From NCBI RefSeq assembly GCF_000485595.1, contig NW_014577090.1, positions 792,728-856,727 on the forward strand: a stretch of 64,000 nt of DNA. The letters are read 5' to 3'. The translations under genes were made by a program, and so were the position numbers. The notes below the pieces were generated by a model. That model was not told where the DNA came from, did not search any database, and saw nothing but the letters and a program-made list of their open reading frames with translations. Numbering within the stretch: the first letter of the stretch is position 1; every line of letters starts with the position of its first letter. Source of the DNA: Priapulus caudatus (Eukaryota). This document shows, piece after piece, positions 45,542 through 59,171 of the stretch.

Positions 45542-47440
45542 GTAATAATTAAGGCAACAGTTGAACTATCCTGATTAGATGCGCTTACGTGCATATATAT
45601 AAGGGCAAAGCAACAAACACACGCGCGCACACACACACACACGCACACACACGCGCACATACACATACCAGAGCTCCGCTGGCGCTTTTCGCTTGCGTCA
45701 TGTTCTCGTTCAGGGAGTAGACATCTACCAGAGGTTCATTCTTAGGTCGTTTCTTCCAAAGCGACGGNNNNNNNNNNNNNNNNNNNNNNNNNNNNNNNNN
45801 NNNNNNNNNNNNNNNNNNNNNNNNNNNNNNNNNNNNNNNNNNNNNNNNNNNNNNNNNNNNNNNNNNNNNNNNNNNNNNNNNNNNNNNNNNNNNNNNNNNN
45901 NNNNNNNNNNNNNNNNNNNNNNNNNNNNNNNNNNNNNNNNNNNNNNNNNNNNNNNNNNNNNNNNNNNNNNNNNNNNNNNNNNNNNNNNNNNNNNNNNNNN
46001 NNNNNNNNNNNNNNNNNNNNNNNNNNNNNNNNNNNNNNNNNNNNNNNNNNNNNNNNNNNNNNNNNNNNNNNNNNNNNNNNNNNNNNNNNNNNNNNNNNNN
46101 NNNNNNNNNNNNNNNNNNNNNNNNNNNNNNNNNNNNNNNNNNNNNNNNNNNNNNNNNNNNNNNNNNNNNNNNNNNNNNNNNNNNNNNNNNNNNNNNNNNN
46201 NNNNNNNNNCAAATACTAGGTTCGCCGTGACCAACACGAGTTAATAACGGACGACTCCAGCGATTGTTTTATTACTATACGGCCGACAATATAGCTTACA
46301 GCGGCTGTAACAGTTAGCCATCACAGTACTTGGTCGTTATGCGTGAACTCTTATGTAAAGCTGCGGCGAAGGGCAAATGTGACATTGAGATGGTCCGTAG
46401 TCGGCATTGCAATATTATTTAATAGAATGAAACTTCCAAATTTTTCGCACAGTGATGTAGATGACGAGGCCGTGACAATGCCATATTGATGACACATAAC
46501 ATGGTCACGCAAAGCCACAGTAACTCTGAATGCAGAGCTTAACACAGTCATGTAACAGGTTACGTAAAATCTGGTCATGGTTAACACGGCAATCTGTAGC
46601 ATGATAATGTTAACACAGTCATGCACATGATCACTGGAACACGGCACGTCTTAAATAACAAGCCCAATATAACGCTAATTTAACGTGGTTACCTTCAAAC
46701 ATGGTAATGTAACGGTGTCTATACCTCGATAAAATTGCAAGATGTAATATAACACGATACATAAAGTGTAAACATAGTTTTCACGGTACACGCGCATGTA
46801 AACATAATTTCACATATAAATCTATAACACCATAATATAACTTAATAGAAAGGTCATGATACTAATAAAAGGTAATCGAAATCACCGGTATAGCAGTACG
46901 CTCAACCCAGAATTAGACTCATCAACCACGACAAACGTCAATAACTGTTAAATAAATTTAGAATTAAAAGACCTGGTTAAGATTTACCTGTTAAAAATGC
47001 TTTTTTTCTGTTTTTTTTAACTATGTTTTAGTCCAGATTCATCAGCAATTACCTTGATGTAATCCTAATGTAACATACCTGTCATATCCTAAATAATATT
47101 GTTGACACTCGATACCAAAGCGTTGACAGGGTGGAGCGTTTCTATCGATCATCTTTTGTGTTCTCTATGTAACACAGGACGACACTATGACTAATAACAG
47201 TTCTAACCATAGAAATATATAGAGACAAATGTCTAACTAGTATATTATTTCTATGGTTCTAAACACGCATAACACAAGATACATACAAAACAGGATGTAG
47301 TTGCGTTGCATCCTCAATGTATAGCCATATAATGTGCCAATTCACTGTACATTTCTGCTCTCTCTTCTTCATTTTTTTCTCCCTCTTCCTCTCGCGCCGT
47401 TTCGCGCTCTCTCTCTCTCTCCTCTCTCTCTCTTCTCTCT

Positions 47441-47474
<34 letters not shown>

Positions 47475-47526
47475 TCTCTCTCTCTATTCCTCCTTTCTCT
47501 CTCTTCTCGCTCTCCTTTCTAAATCT

Positions 47527-47558
<32 letters not shown>

Positions 47559-47614
47559 CTTCTTTCCCTCTCTCTCTCATCTTTCTCTTCTCCCTCTCAC
47601 TCTCCTCTCCTTCA

Positions 47615-47709
47615 TTCTGTGGGTGTGTAGTGTATGTGCGCCGGGGCGCGAGTGTGTGTGCGTTATGGCGTGCTTCGCGCGGCTGGCCGCGCGTGTGTGT
47701 CGTGTTGTG

Positions 47710-47763
<54 letters not shown>

Positions 47764-49046
47764 GTGCGTGTGCACGTGCGTGTCTGTTTGTCTGTCTGCC
47801 TGTCTCCCTATCCGTCCGTCTGTCTGCCTGTCTGTCTGGTCCGTCGTTTGTCTGTCGTCTGTACTTCTCTGTCTGTCTGTATTGTCTGACCATCTGATTC
47901 TCTCTGTCTGTCTGTTGAAGTGCTGACTCTATTGTTAATTCAAGGATCGTCTAAGATGATCCGTACACAAGGAGCTCTTTTGTTTCTGTTTCTTTTTGTT
48001 ACGGCAGACGGGAAGCGCGAGAAGCGTCTCGCCGACGCCTTCGAGTCTGTTTTCTGGTCGCGCGATGTCGGTGTCACCTCCACTCCTTACGTCGTCGGGG
48101 GGATCGTTGTCGCCATCCACGCTTTCGCGCCGCTCGTTACTTAGCCTGCCCTTGCAGTCCCTAGCAGCGGCGGCATGCCCGCTGCTATCGCTTCGCTCCG
48201 TAGCTTTATGCGCTGGCGCGCGCCGACCTGTGAGAACTGGACAGACGCGCCAAGCTGGTAACTGCTCGCTATATTGTTCGCGAGGGGTCGGAATCTTTTC
48301 TGTAAAACAGAAATACCGTAACGCGGAGATGTAATGTATGTGTATTGTGAGGCGCGACACAACCAGGGCCTGTAGACTTGCAGCAAATTCCTAGGGAGGG
48401 GCAAAATTTCATGACTCAACTGTTTGTAATGTATTTGAGCGACGGGCGCACGCTCTGATCGACGTCCATAGTGTGGCTAGGGCGTGAGGCTCATGCACAA
48501 GCGCTTCGGGACAAGGGCTTCCACGGATAAGTGACGCCCAAAAATCACGTTAGTGTTATTTAGATTATTGGCCTAAGCTTTTACCTCGCCACGCGAGTGG
48601 AACGAGGTAATGTATCGGTCTCGTGTGTGTGTGTGTGTGTGCACTGTGTCCAGTCGCGCGGCCCGCGATTCGATTAGCGCGTCGAGTCAGCGAGCGCGGT
48701 CGTGCCGATCGACCTAGCGTGTCGATGTCAGCGAACGCGGAGTCAGACCAGCAGCGCTGGTGAGTCTCAGCAGCAACCACCAGCGAGCTGGCGAGTCAGC
48801 AGCCGCACCAGCGAGCGTTCAACAGTCAGCAGCAGTGCGATTTCAGTCAGCTAGCAGCAGCTCAGCGAGTCGGCGAGCCAGCTCGTAAACATACATGTTA
48901 CTCTGCCGGCGGCAGGTATGCCACTTCTCCGTGAGTGCCCTCTGTCTGTTTTTTATTATGCTCAAAATCTAGGGGGACTGCCCCCTTGCCTCTCTCGCTG
49001 CTAGTCACTCACACTGCTGTGCTGGACAGACGCGTCATCATCGCTC

Positions 49047-49104
<58 letters not shown>

Positions 49105-52030
49105 TCCTCTCTCTCTCCCTCTCCTCATTCTGTGTGCGTGTTGCTAGTGTATGTGCGTTGTGTGTGCGCGTAATGGTTGCGTGCAGTGCCGTTGTGTGTA
49201 CCCGCGTGTGTGTGTGTGGTTCCAGTAGTGCCACGTGCGTGTCTGTTTGTCTGGTCTGCCTGTCTCCCTATCGTCCGTCTGTTCTGCTGTCTGTCTGTCC
49301 GTTTGTTTGTCTGCCGTACTGTCTCTCTGTCTGTCTGTTTGTCTGACCGTCTATCTCTCTGTCTGTCTGTTTGAGTGCCTGAACACTGTGTTAATCTCAG
49401 GATCGTCTAGATGATCGCCTACAAAGGAGTCTTTTGTTTCTGTTTTCTTTTTTGCTTACGCAGACGGTAAGCGCGGAAAGGGTCTCGCCGACGCTTCGAG
49501 TCTGTTTCTGTCCGCGCCAATATCGCGTCGTCACCTCCACTCCTACCGATCGATCGGTGTTGTCGCCATCACGCTTCGCGCGCTCGTTCATTAGCTGGCT
49601 TGCATGTCCCAGCAGCGGCGCATGCCCGCTTGCTTCGTTCGCTCCCGTCAGCTTCACGGCTGGCGGCGGCACCTGTGAGAACGGACAGACGCGCAAGCTG
49701 GAACTGCTCCCGGATATGTCCGCGAGGTCGGATCTTTTCTGTAAAACAGAAATACGTACGCGGAGATGTAATGTTATGTGATGTGTAGGCCGCGACACAA
49801 CCCAGGGCCGTAGACTGAGCAAATTTCCTAGGCGAGGGGGCGCAAATTCATGACGTCAACTGTGTAATGATGAGCGACGGGCGCAGCTTCTTGATCGACG
49901 TCCAATAGTGTGGTAGGGTGGTCATGCCCACAAGGCTTGGGACAAGTGATTCCACTGGATAATTGACCCCAAAAATCACGTTATGTGTTATTTACGATAT
50001 ATTGCGCTAAGCTATTACCTCGCCACGGAGTGCGAGCGAAGGTAATGTAATCGGGTCTCGTGCTGTGTGTGTGTGTGTGCGCTGTTGGTGTGTGTGTGCC
50101 GTTGGTGTGTGTTTCCAGTCGCGCGGCGCGATCGATAGCGACGTCGAGTCAGCGAGCGGGGCGGCGCGATCGATAGCGTGTTCGGATGTTCAGCGAGCGG
50201 CGAGGGTCAGCCAGCAGGCCGACGTGATCGAGCAGCAACACCAAGCGCCAGCGCGCGAGTCAGCAGCCGCACCAGCGAGCGGGCGAGCTCGAGCAGCAGG
50301 CGAGTCAGTCAGCAGCAGCAAGCAGCGAGCGTGCGAGCCAGCTCGTAACACAATACATGCTTACATGCTGGCGCGAGCGTATGCACTCTCCGTGAGTGCC
50401 CTCTGTTCTATTAATTTTTTAATTGTGCTCCAAAATCTAGGGCGACTGCCCCCTTGCTCTCCCGCTGCCTAGTCACTCACCACTGTGCTGTGGACTAGAC
50501 GCGTTCATCATCGCTCTCTCTATCTGCTCTCTCTCTTCTCTCATCTCACCCTCTCCCTCTCCTCTCCTCTTTCCTTCATTCTGTGTGCGTGTGTAGTGTA
50601 TGTGACCCGTCTGTGTGCGCGTATGTGCGTGCGTGCGACGTGAAGCGTGCCTGTGTGTGTGTGCGTGTGACTGTGGTGTCGCTGTTTGTCTGTCTGCCTG
50701 TTCCTCTATCGTCCGTCTGTTCTCTCTGTCTGTCTGTTTTGTTCTGACCGTCTATCTCTCTGTCTGTCTGCTTGAGCTGCCTGGACACTGTGTTAATCTC
50801 AGGCATTCGTCTAGATGATCGTACACAAGGAGCTCTTTTGTTTCCGTTTCTTTTGTTACGCAGCACGCAAGCGCGGAATAGCGTCTCGCCGACGCCTTCG
50901 CAGTCTGTTTCTTGTCGCGGCTAATTCGTTCGTCACTCCACTTCCTACCGTCGTCGGTGTTGTCGACCATCCGACGTTCGCGCGCTCGTTACTTAGCTGC
51001 TGCAGTCCCAGCAGCGGCGGCATGCCCGCCTGCTTCGTATCGCTCCCGTCAGCATTCACGGCGTGGCGGCGCGCACCTGTGAGACGGACAGACGCGCAAG
51101 CTGGCAACTGCTCCCGGACTATGTCCGCGAGGTCGCCGGATCTTTTCTGGTAAAACAGAAATACTTCGTACGCGGAGACTGTAATGTATGTGATGTGAGG
51201 CGCGACCACATACCAGGCGCCGCTTAGAACTGACAATTCCTAGGGGATTAGGGGGGCAAAATTTATGCAGCTCAACTGTGTAATGATGAAGCGACGGTGC
51301 CCGCAGCTCTTGAATCGACGTTCCATAGTGTTTGCGTAGGGCGCGCTGGGTCAGGCACAAGGCTTGGGACAAGGCTTCCACGGCATAAGTGACCCCAAAA
51401 TCACTTCGTTTAGTTGTTATATTACGGATTATTGCTAAGCTTATTACCTCCGGCCCACGGATGTTGGAGCGAGCGTAATGGTATCGCGTCTCTGTGTGTG
51501 TGTGAGTAGTGTGTTGTGTGTGTGTGTGTGTGTTGTGTGTGTATGTGTGTTGTGTGTGTGTGTGGTGTGTGTGTGTGTGCCAGTCCGCGCGGCGGCGATC
51601 GATAGCCGCGTCGAGTCAGCGCAGCGGCGCGGCGCGATCGCATAGCGTGTCGATGTCGCAACGGCGGCTCGGCGCGATCGACTAGCGTTGTCGATGTCAG
51701 CGGCGGCACGGACGCGATCCGCGCGGCGTAGTCAGCAGCAGGCGATCGCCGACCCGGCTGTGACGTCAGCAGCAACCACAGCGAGCCGGCGAGTCAGCAG
51801 CGCACCAAGCGAGCTTGCGACGTCAGCAGCAGGCGAGTCAGTCACAGCAGCAAGCAGCGAGCGGCGAGCCAGCTCGTAACACATACATGTTACATGCTGG
51901 CGGAGGTATGCACTCTCCGTGAGTGCCCTCTGTCTAGTTTTTTAATTGTGCTCCAAAATCTAGGGGACTGCCCCCTTGCTCTCCGCTGCTAGTCACTCAC
52001 ACTGTGTGTGGACAGACGCGTCATCATCGA
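47615..52030. repeat. Three tandem, noisy copies of a ~1.4-kb unit (fourth copy at about 60975-62020)
   Basis: Recurring landmarks gatcgtctagatgatcgtacacaagg, ttttctgtaaaacagaaat and aatctagggggactgcccc; units are separated by CT microsatellite. Confidence 0.85.
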
Positions 52031-52181
52031 GCGAGACTCGGCGCGCAGAAGCTGAGCATCCTCCTCCATCTCTCCGAAGTCTGGACACACGAAGCTCTGC
52101 CGCGACACGAAGCAGCAGCGCACCGGAAGCTCCTCCGACTTTGGATTGTCGGAAAACTCGTAATCACCGTACGTCAGCTGC
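52001..52181 (-). pseudogene. Duplicated copy of the guanylate cyclase exon that follows ...LETKR (QLTYGDYEFSDNPKSEELPVRCCFV...)
   Basis: Near-identical to about 62000-62184, with the same ttctcag acceptor and adjacent 60-bp minisatellite; cut off from upstream exons by the junction at 52846. Confidence 0.6.
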
Positions 52182-52846
52182 CTGAGAAGAGAAAGTGTGG
52201 TGTTATAGGCAGTGCTGCGAGGAAGTGCGATGTCATAGAGGGCGCTGAAAGGATGTGCAATGTTATAGGCGGCGCTGCGAGGAAGTTCGATGTTATATGA
52301 CACGTGACCACTATAAAATCACTTCCGGTTCATTACCCTGTTAGGTTAGAGGATGTGACGCGTCATCGGCCGACCACTCGGAAGGCCCGCAGCTCGTGCA
52401 CTAAAGCTGACGCGACGTTTTGTGGTTGCATTATTTAGGCTGGCTATCGTGTGTGGCAATGATATGCACATTGAGATGGGTGGATGGTTACTGGTAATTT
52501 AAAACGAATTCTTTCAATGTATGGCCCCCATTGGACTGCGCGACTGTTTTTCAGGCACAAATGTGGTGTCGTTTAGTAAATTCGCGATATTTTTTTAAAA
52601 CGCCGAACAACATATGTCATAACTCTAATGGTGCACAGCTGAAGTACATGGCTACCTGGCTTTAATATTGCCACTTGGCCGAAAACGGTTGAAATACTAT
52701 TTTTCAGCTCCTGAAATTCAATTCTTAAGTATAGGATCCTATGGAGGATTTAATAGTGGTCTGTTCTCATATAGGGCGCTGAGAGGATGTGCAATGTTAT
52801 AGGCAGCGCTGCAAGGAAGTGCGATGTTATAGAGGGCGCTGAGAGT

Positions 52847-55800
52847 AAGAAACGACCTAAGAATGAACCTCTGGTAGATGTCTACTCCCTGAACGAGAAC
52901 ATGGCGCAAGCGAAAAGCGCCAGCGGAGCTCTGGTATGTGTGTGTGTGTGTGTGTGTGTGTGAGTGTGCGCGCGCGCGTGCGTGCGTGCATGCGTGCGTG
53001 CGTGCGTGCGTGTGTGTCTTGTCTTGGTATGTGTATGCGGGTGCGCGTGCATGTGTGTTTGTGTGCGTGTACCTGCCTGCCTGCCTGCGTGTTTGTGTGG
53101 TGTGTGTGCCTGCCTGCCTGCCTGTATGCGTGGGTGCATGCGTGCGCGTGTGTGCGCCTATATGTAATCATTGCCGTGTTATTTGGTATATTTGGCGTTG
53201 CATTTTTTGCAGAACCAAGAGTTGGCAAAACTGCACGGATCCAATGCATTCAAGCGCTTTATTAGTAGACATTTAGGAAAGCGCCGGCTTCTCCACACTT
53301 ATTGTTTACATTTATAATTTCCCATGAGTCTGCATGAGCTTCGCCGCACGGCGTAAGCAACCAATATAAATTTCGCCATATTCGCCGGGTGATATATTGG
53401 TGTCACCCGCCACCAGCTACCTGCGTCATCCCTTAGGGACCGGATTTGTTGACGTAGACGTTAGTAGAGAACGATTCGGCTCTGATCCTTTGAATCGTAT
53501 AGTCCAGTTGTTGTCCAGCTCCGATCTTGCCTTGTTATTCCCACACTTAGTCCAGCTATACTTCTCCGCTGCACCTTCCACCTTCACTCCGCCGAGCGTC
53601 TTCGTGAACCTCCTCTCCAAGGTACGAAATTACTTGTATTCGATTACTTACTCTGTGTGTGTAGTATCGTGGAGTTGTGTTGGTTTAGACTGTTAAAGTA
53701 TTCTGTGATGTAATAGAAGCACGAAGAGTAGCTTTATAATACTGTGTTCGGGTTATCATTCGATCGTTCTATCGATGCAACCTGACGCTACCCTTAAAAC
53801 GGGTGCCACTACCACACCTACTAAACCGTAGAACCATCAGGAAGTAGAAGCCTTCCTTAGAGACATTTTAAGTGACATTTGACTTCAAATCGTGATGCAA
53901 AGATCCCCTTTGGCATGGCAGTTCCTTAGGGTCATAGAAAAAAAAATTATCCAAAGACACACGTCATATCTCAAAATCCAAGATGGCCGCCATAGAAAAA
54001 TGGAAAACATGGGCCAGTCATAGCTCATGAACCGTTTGTCATAGAAACTATTATGATACATGTTTTCTAACTAACTTGAGGTCACTAAACTCATTTCTTG
54101 TGACAATTTTGCTTTTTTATGAGTTTAAAGGTTAAATCATAGACAAAAATACATAAATGTTACATTTTTTCTAAACCACGCCAGAAATCAGAGGTGGCTA
54201 TTGTCAAAGACCAACAAGCAAAGGTCACCCAGATTTTGCTGGCAACGCACTCAGGTGGCAACATCAACGAGTCTGTGTTCTCCCATGAGAGCTGCCCATC
54301 CTCCCTCACTAACTCGGAATGGATACATGCACCATGGAAACAAGAGTGAGATCCTGGACTGTATTGTACCAGCGGATTTCGACAATCGCAGACCAGAGAC
54401 GACTGCCGCTGTGCTAGATGGAGCTGTGCTCGTACAAATGATTCGTCCTAGAAATACTGTGACCATCGGAGACTATTTCAAAGATGTGTTTTTGCCATAC
54501 ATCCTCTCTTGATTTGAAATGAACAACCGGGTTGACATTGTCTGGGACGTCTACTCCAAGACGAGCTTCAAGTCAGAAACTAGGGAACAACGTGGAAGTG
54601 GAGCTCGGAGGCGGGTTACTCTCTCGACCAAAGTTCCTGGAAATTGGGCGGCCTTCCTACGTGTTGACCTGAACAAGCAGGAGTTATTCATGGAGCTCGC
54701 CAAGTGCTTGAAGCTTGCGACACTTCCACAGGTTAGTTGACATATTGTTGCAACCCACTGACAAACATTATTAATTGTTATTATTTAAAATACCCAGGCC
54801 TCTGTTATATCCACATATCCTCAATTACATTGACTTCCTCATTTCCAGAGCAAGCAGCTTTTCACCACCATTCTCAGTGACTGTGAGAGTTTACCAGCTG
54901 GGGGAGACGTTGTAGCAGTGGCCCCATGCACACACGAGGAAGCCGACACTCGGGTATTTCTACATGTGGCTGCAGCTACATCTGCCGGTCATCGTCGAGT
55001 GATAGTCCGCACCAGTGACAGCGATGTTGTAGTGCTGGGCGTCTCTTCCTTTGTTGCACTCGGACAGAGGATTGATGAACTCTGGATTGCCTTTGGAATG
55101 AAAGGCCACTTCAGGTTAGTTCAGTTATGTTTTAAGCCAGTTGCCTTCATTGTGTGCCAATAGGTTATTGATGAGGATGATAACTCATATCACTACATTC
55201 CTTTCCAAGTACATTCCAGTGCACGACATCGTACACAAACTTGGACCATCTAGGGCAAAGGCACTACCAGCGTTTCATGCAATAACACAATGCGACACAA
55301 CCTCAGCATTCTTTGGTAAAGGCAAGACGACCGCCTGGGCAGTGTGGCAGTCCATCCTTGCGCTCACGCTGCCTCTTGAGCTACTCTCATGCCCTAACCC
55401 CACCCTGGAAACGATAAATACTCACACATCTGTGCTCCAGAGATTCGTCTTGCTGCTATATGATGTAACTAAGGAGAACATCACAACTGATGATGCTGCT
55501 CGGCATTCCCGCTTCCTCCACCAAGGAAGAGACCTCGAGCACATGCCTCCAAGCAGCGATTCTCTGCATCAGCACCTTCTCAGAGTTGCCTATCAGGTAA
55601 TTAAATATACATCATTGAGGACATTAATCGTGCTCGAGATTGCTGAATTCATTTTTATTTCTTGAATCGCACACATTTTATTAGCTATCTATACATTCTA
55701 TCTAATCAGTTATGTATCTTGTCACTTCAGAGTGGACACGTGTGGGGTAATACGCTCGTGAAAGCACCAGCTCCAGTATCTCCAACAGAATGGCGATGGC

Positions 55801-56693
55801 AGCAAGAATTACCAGACTATGCGCCAACTCCAGTCTACACAACAACTCCCACTATTTCGCGGGACTTGTCAGAGCTTGCCATTTGCTAGTGTAAGACTGG
55901 ATGTAAAGCTCCTTGTAAGTGCTGCGTGCAGAGACAGTGGTGTATGCTTCTCTGCAGATGTCAAGGTTCGTGCCCCACACTGGCAGGATGTACCAGGACA
56001 AGAGAGGAGAAGAGGAATCAGCCTAGCCCTAATCGAAGAACTTGTGTAATTACAACATTGTGCGATGAATAATCTAATTACCTCAAATTTCTGCATGTGA
56101 AAACCAATAAAATTTGTTATAATTTGTATTATTTTTTGGATTTCACCTTTAAATGCATCTGAAATGCGGCGGCCATCTTGGATTTTGAGATATGACATGT
56201 GTCTTTGGATAAATTTGTTTCTATGACCCTATGGAACTTCCATGCCAAAGGGGACATTTGCATCATGATTTGAAGTCAACACCCTATTTTGTGCACTTAA
56301 AGTGATTACGTCACCGTAAATAGTACAAATAAAAAAATATTTCCACTTTTTCACAAAATATAAGTAATTCTGTTCACTTTTTATGGTTAAATTGCTGCAT
56401 TATACTTCCTATTTTACTATATGGTTCGATGTGAACGTACACTCGTGACTCATAGCAAGCAATTAATGTCAGGAACATTATTTCAAATCGTCCAGGTTTT
56501 TTAGATTTTTAACTAGTTGAGAAACAATCTTATCAGGTAAGAATTTGATGATACGTTTAGTCCCGTTAGTTCTTACTTTTAATGTAAAAAATGGCAACAA
56601 ACATTTTACAAATTTTACCATAGAAAATTTGTGACGTAGTCAATTTAACATGTCTACTATATAGAGAAAAGCGGAAAATACAACATGCCCGAG
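52847..56693 (+). pseudogene. Partial duplicate of FAM47 exons 7-8, with exon 8 split by a transposon
   Basis: 52847-52933 copies the 3' half of exon 7; the intron is copied; exon 8 is present as 53213-53262 plus 56663-56693 on either side of the insertion. Confidence 0.85.
53263..56659 (+). mobile_element. Decayed Academ-type DNA transposon (XPG-like nuclease plus Cys8 finger)
   Basis: TIRs TAGTAGACAT...ATGTCTACTA with 3-bp TSD TAT; the empty site (cgctttatagag) is visible in FAM47 exon 8. Broken ORFs carry VLDGAVLVQ, VWDVY, HEEADTR, DSDV, FHAITQCDTTSAFFGKGK and C*CKTGC..CKC....C...CRC.G.C. Confidence 0.8.
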
Positions 56694-56794
56694 GTAATAA
56701 TTAAGGCAACAGTTGAACTATCCTGATTAGATGCGCTTACGTGCATATATATAAGGGCAAAGCAACAAACACACACGCGCGTACGGGCACACAC

Positions 56795-56844
<50 letters not shown>

Positions 56845-56917
56845 ACGCACACGCACACGCACACACACACACCACACACACAGCGAACTAACGCCTGCGC
56901 ATAATATAGTATACTAG

Positions 56918-56948
<31 letters not shown>

Positions 56949-59120
56949 AATATGATATTAGTGTCCTTGTTACTGATCGGATGACCTAAGCAGCCAACCA
57001 TATGAAGCAGGTATATCGTAGTTGATAGTCGCCAGCACAGTCTAGTGTACGACAACACACCTTTATACGTAAGACCACAAACACAAGACAGCCGAAGCTA
57101 CAGCCGTCACCGGACATTTCGGCCACTAACTTCTGCTAGCTATCATAGGTCGACTCTCACCACCTGCCTCACCTCTCGCGCAGCTGACCAATGCCTCCGC
57201 GTTATCTGCACCCGTGATTAACTCGTGGTATAACGGCCCATGATCACTGAGAACTGCCGCGCGACGAGTGCTCGCGATGCTAATCAAGCGCTGCGTGTCA
57301 GACAACTGACAATCATGCACGTGACAATTATTGCGTTCTACTCTATAATCTATATTGCATTGGCTAAATTATAGAGTATAGGGGCCTATCTAGTATCGTT
57401 ATCGGGAACAATTACCGTCGGAAGCGTTAAAGCATTATCATAATTTCTATAACGGAAATCTCGATTCTCATAATTATGAGATCAAGTGGAACGCGAACTG
57501 CATGCGCTTCGAGAATTCCAACGAGGCATAAACTACAGTCGTAGTTTAGGGAGGACCATCTCTGGCATCGAGAACACTATCTATACACACGGTGGCATCA
57601 TCACACACAACACGCACCACGCACGCACGCACGCACAGACACAATCCAGCCACGACACCATCACACGCGAACTAACGCTAAGCGCGCCTATATATATATT
57701 ATATATATATAGTATATTAATATAACTTTCCTGTACTTACTGATGAATGACGTGGCTCGCACCACAGCAGAGAAGTAGGTATATCGTTAGTTCGATATGC
57801 GCCAGCACTAGTATGTGTACGACAACACTACCATAAACAACCGAAGCTCCAGAGTGAACTCCTGGCTCGTGAATTTCATAATTTAGGAGTTTTAATGAAG
57901 ACAATGTTTGTCTTCATTAACTCGGCTGATAATATGACAAATTACAAGCTCATCAGTTATAATGTTACAGCAATAAGATCGAGCTACTCGCTTACATATT
58001 TATGTTTCGCCACCTTACAGACTGGCTAGCAGCTAACGCGGCCAACCAGGCCTGTGTACTAACGTCAATCATACATCAATACGTCATATATCTAACCCTA
58101 GCAATACCGTTTCTTGGATGCTAGCTAGCAGCAAGCTTTTTTTTCGCATATACGCAGATAAACCATTGAACAATACAAAAAGATTTTCAGGCGGTCTGTA
58201 GTAAGGCGGTAGCCGAGAATTGCTACCGGTATCTTTGGTTACATTATTCTAATACATTTTCATTTCCATTTCGCCTATCCATAACTGGCTAGGACATGTG
58301 TAGCCTGCGGAACGCGTGTCGTAAATTTGTCAGCCTTTGCGATTCGACAACGTTGTTTTTGCGACGTGCACACAGGAAGCCATCTACGTGTACGGGACGT
58401 TAGGTATCTGTGATCTTATTTATTTTCCCTCGTATAACCCATTCTGAAATAGACAATGAGCGTGTTCACACACAAAGAAAAAACCGTGATGCTAATCCGG
58501 CGATGGTAAATACGAGATAATGTGTCCGTTGTTCCACAAGGCGGATTCTCGCTCGAATCGCGAGGCGGGATGTCTATAATCGAACTGCGCAGCTCACTGC
58601 CGGAACTGATGCTCCACGTGCGGCATGCTACTGCTCACTCGCGTTGAATGATGGATACGAAATACCCTGATTATTTGAGCGAGGCGTTCACAGACACAGA
58701 ACGCCGGTGCAAATAATCGCGCTAAATCCAAATAAATCGTCAGTCAGAAAGTGGCGATCTGGGAGGCATTGCTGATCGCGATTATTAGTGAGATTATTGC
58801 TCACACTTGTAATTAATCTCGGTACTGTCGATGCGGATGCAAAAACCGGGATTTGCATCGCTCGCTAATTCGCGCCAGTATGAAACGCGCCTATTGAGCA
58901 CAGATGTCCACATCTATTAAACTGATTAAACAATCTGAGTAAACACTATCAATTAATGTTTCAATTATACTTGGGTGCCAGCCTTTAAAGAATGTACATA
59001 TTTGAACCGACTGCTCATCTTTAAACGCCTTATTGTATTATATAATTCAAGCTTCCCTAATCCATTAACTACTAGATGAAGAAGCCTAAGAGGCGACTGA
59101 GAGAAGAGAGAGAGAAGAGA

Positions 59121-59171
<51 letters not shown>

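Noticed and set aside
45665..45767. Inverted copy of FAM47 exon 7
   Set aside because: Joined through a CA/TG microsatellite and runs into the N gap (45768-46209); likely a contig-end misjoin.
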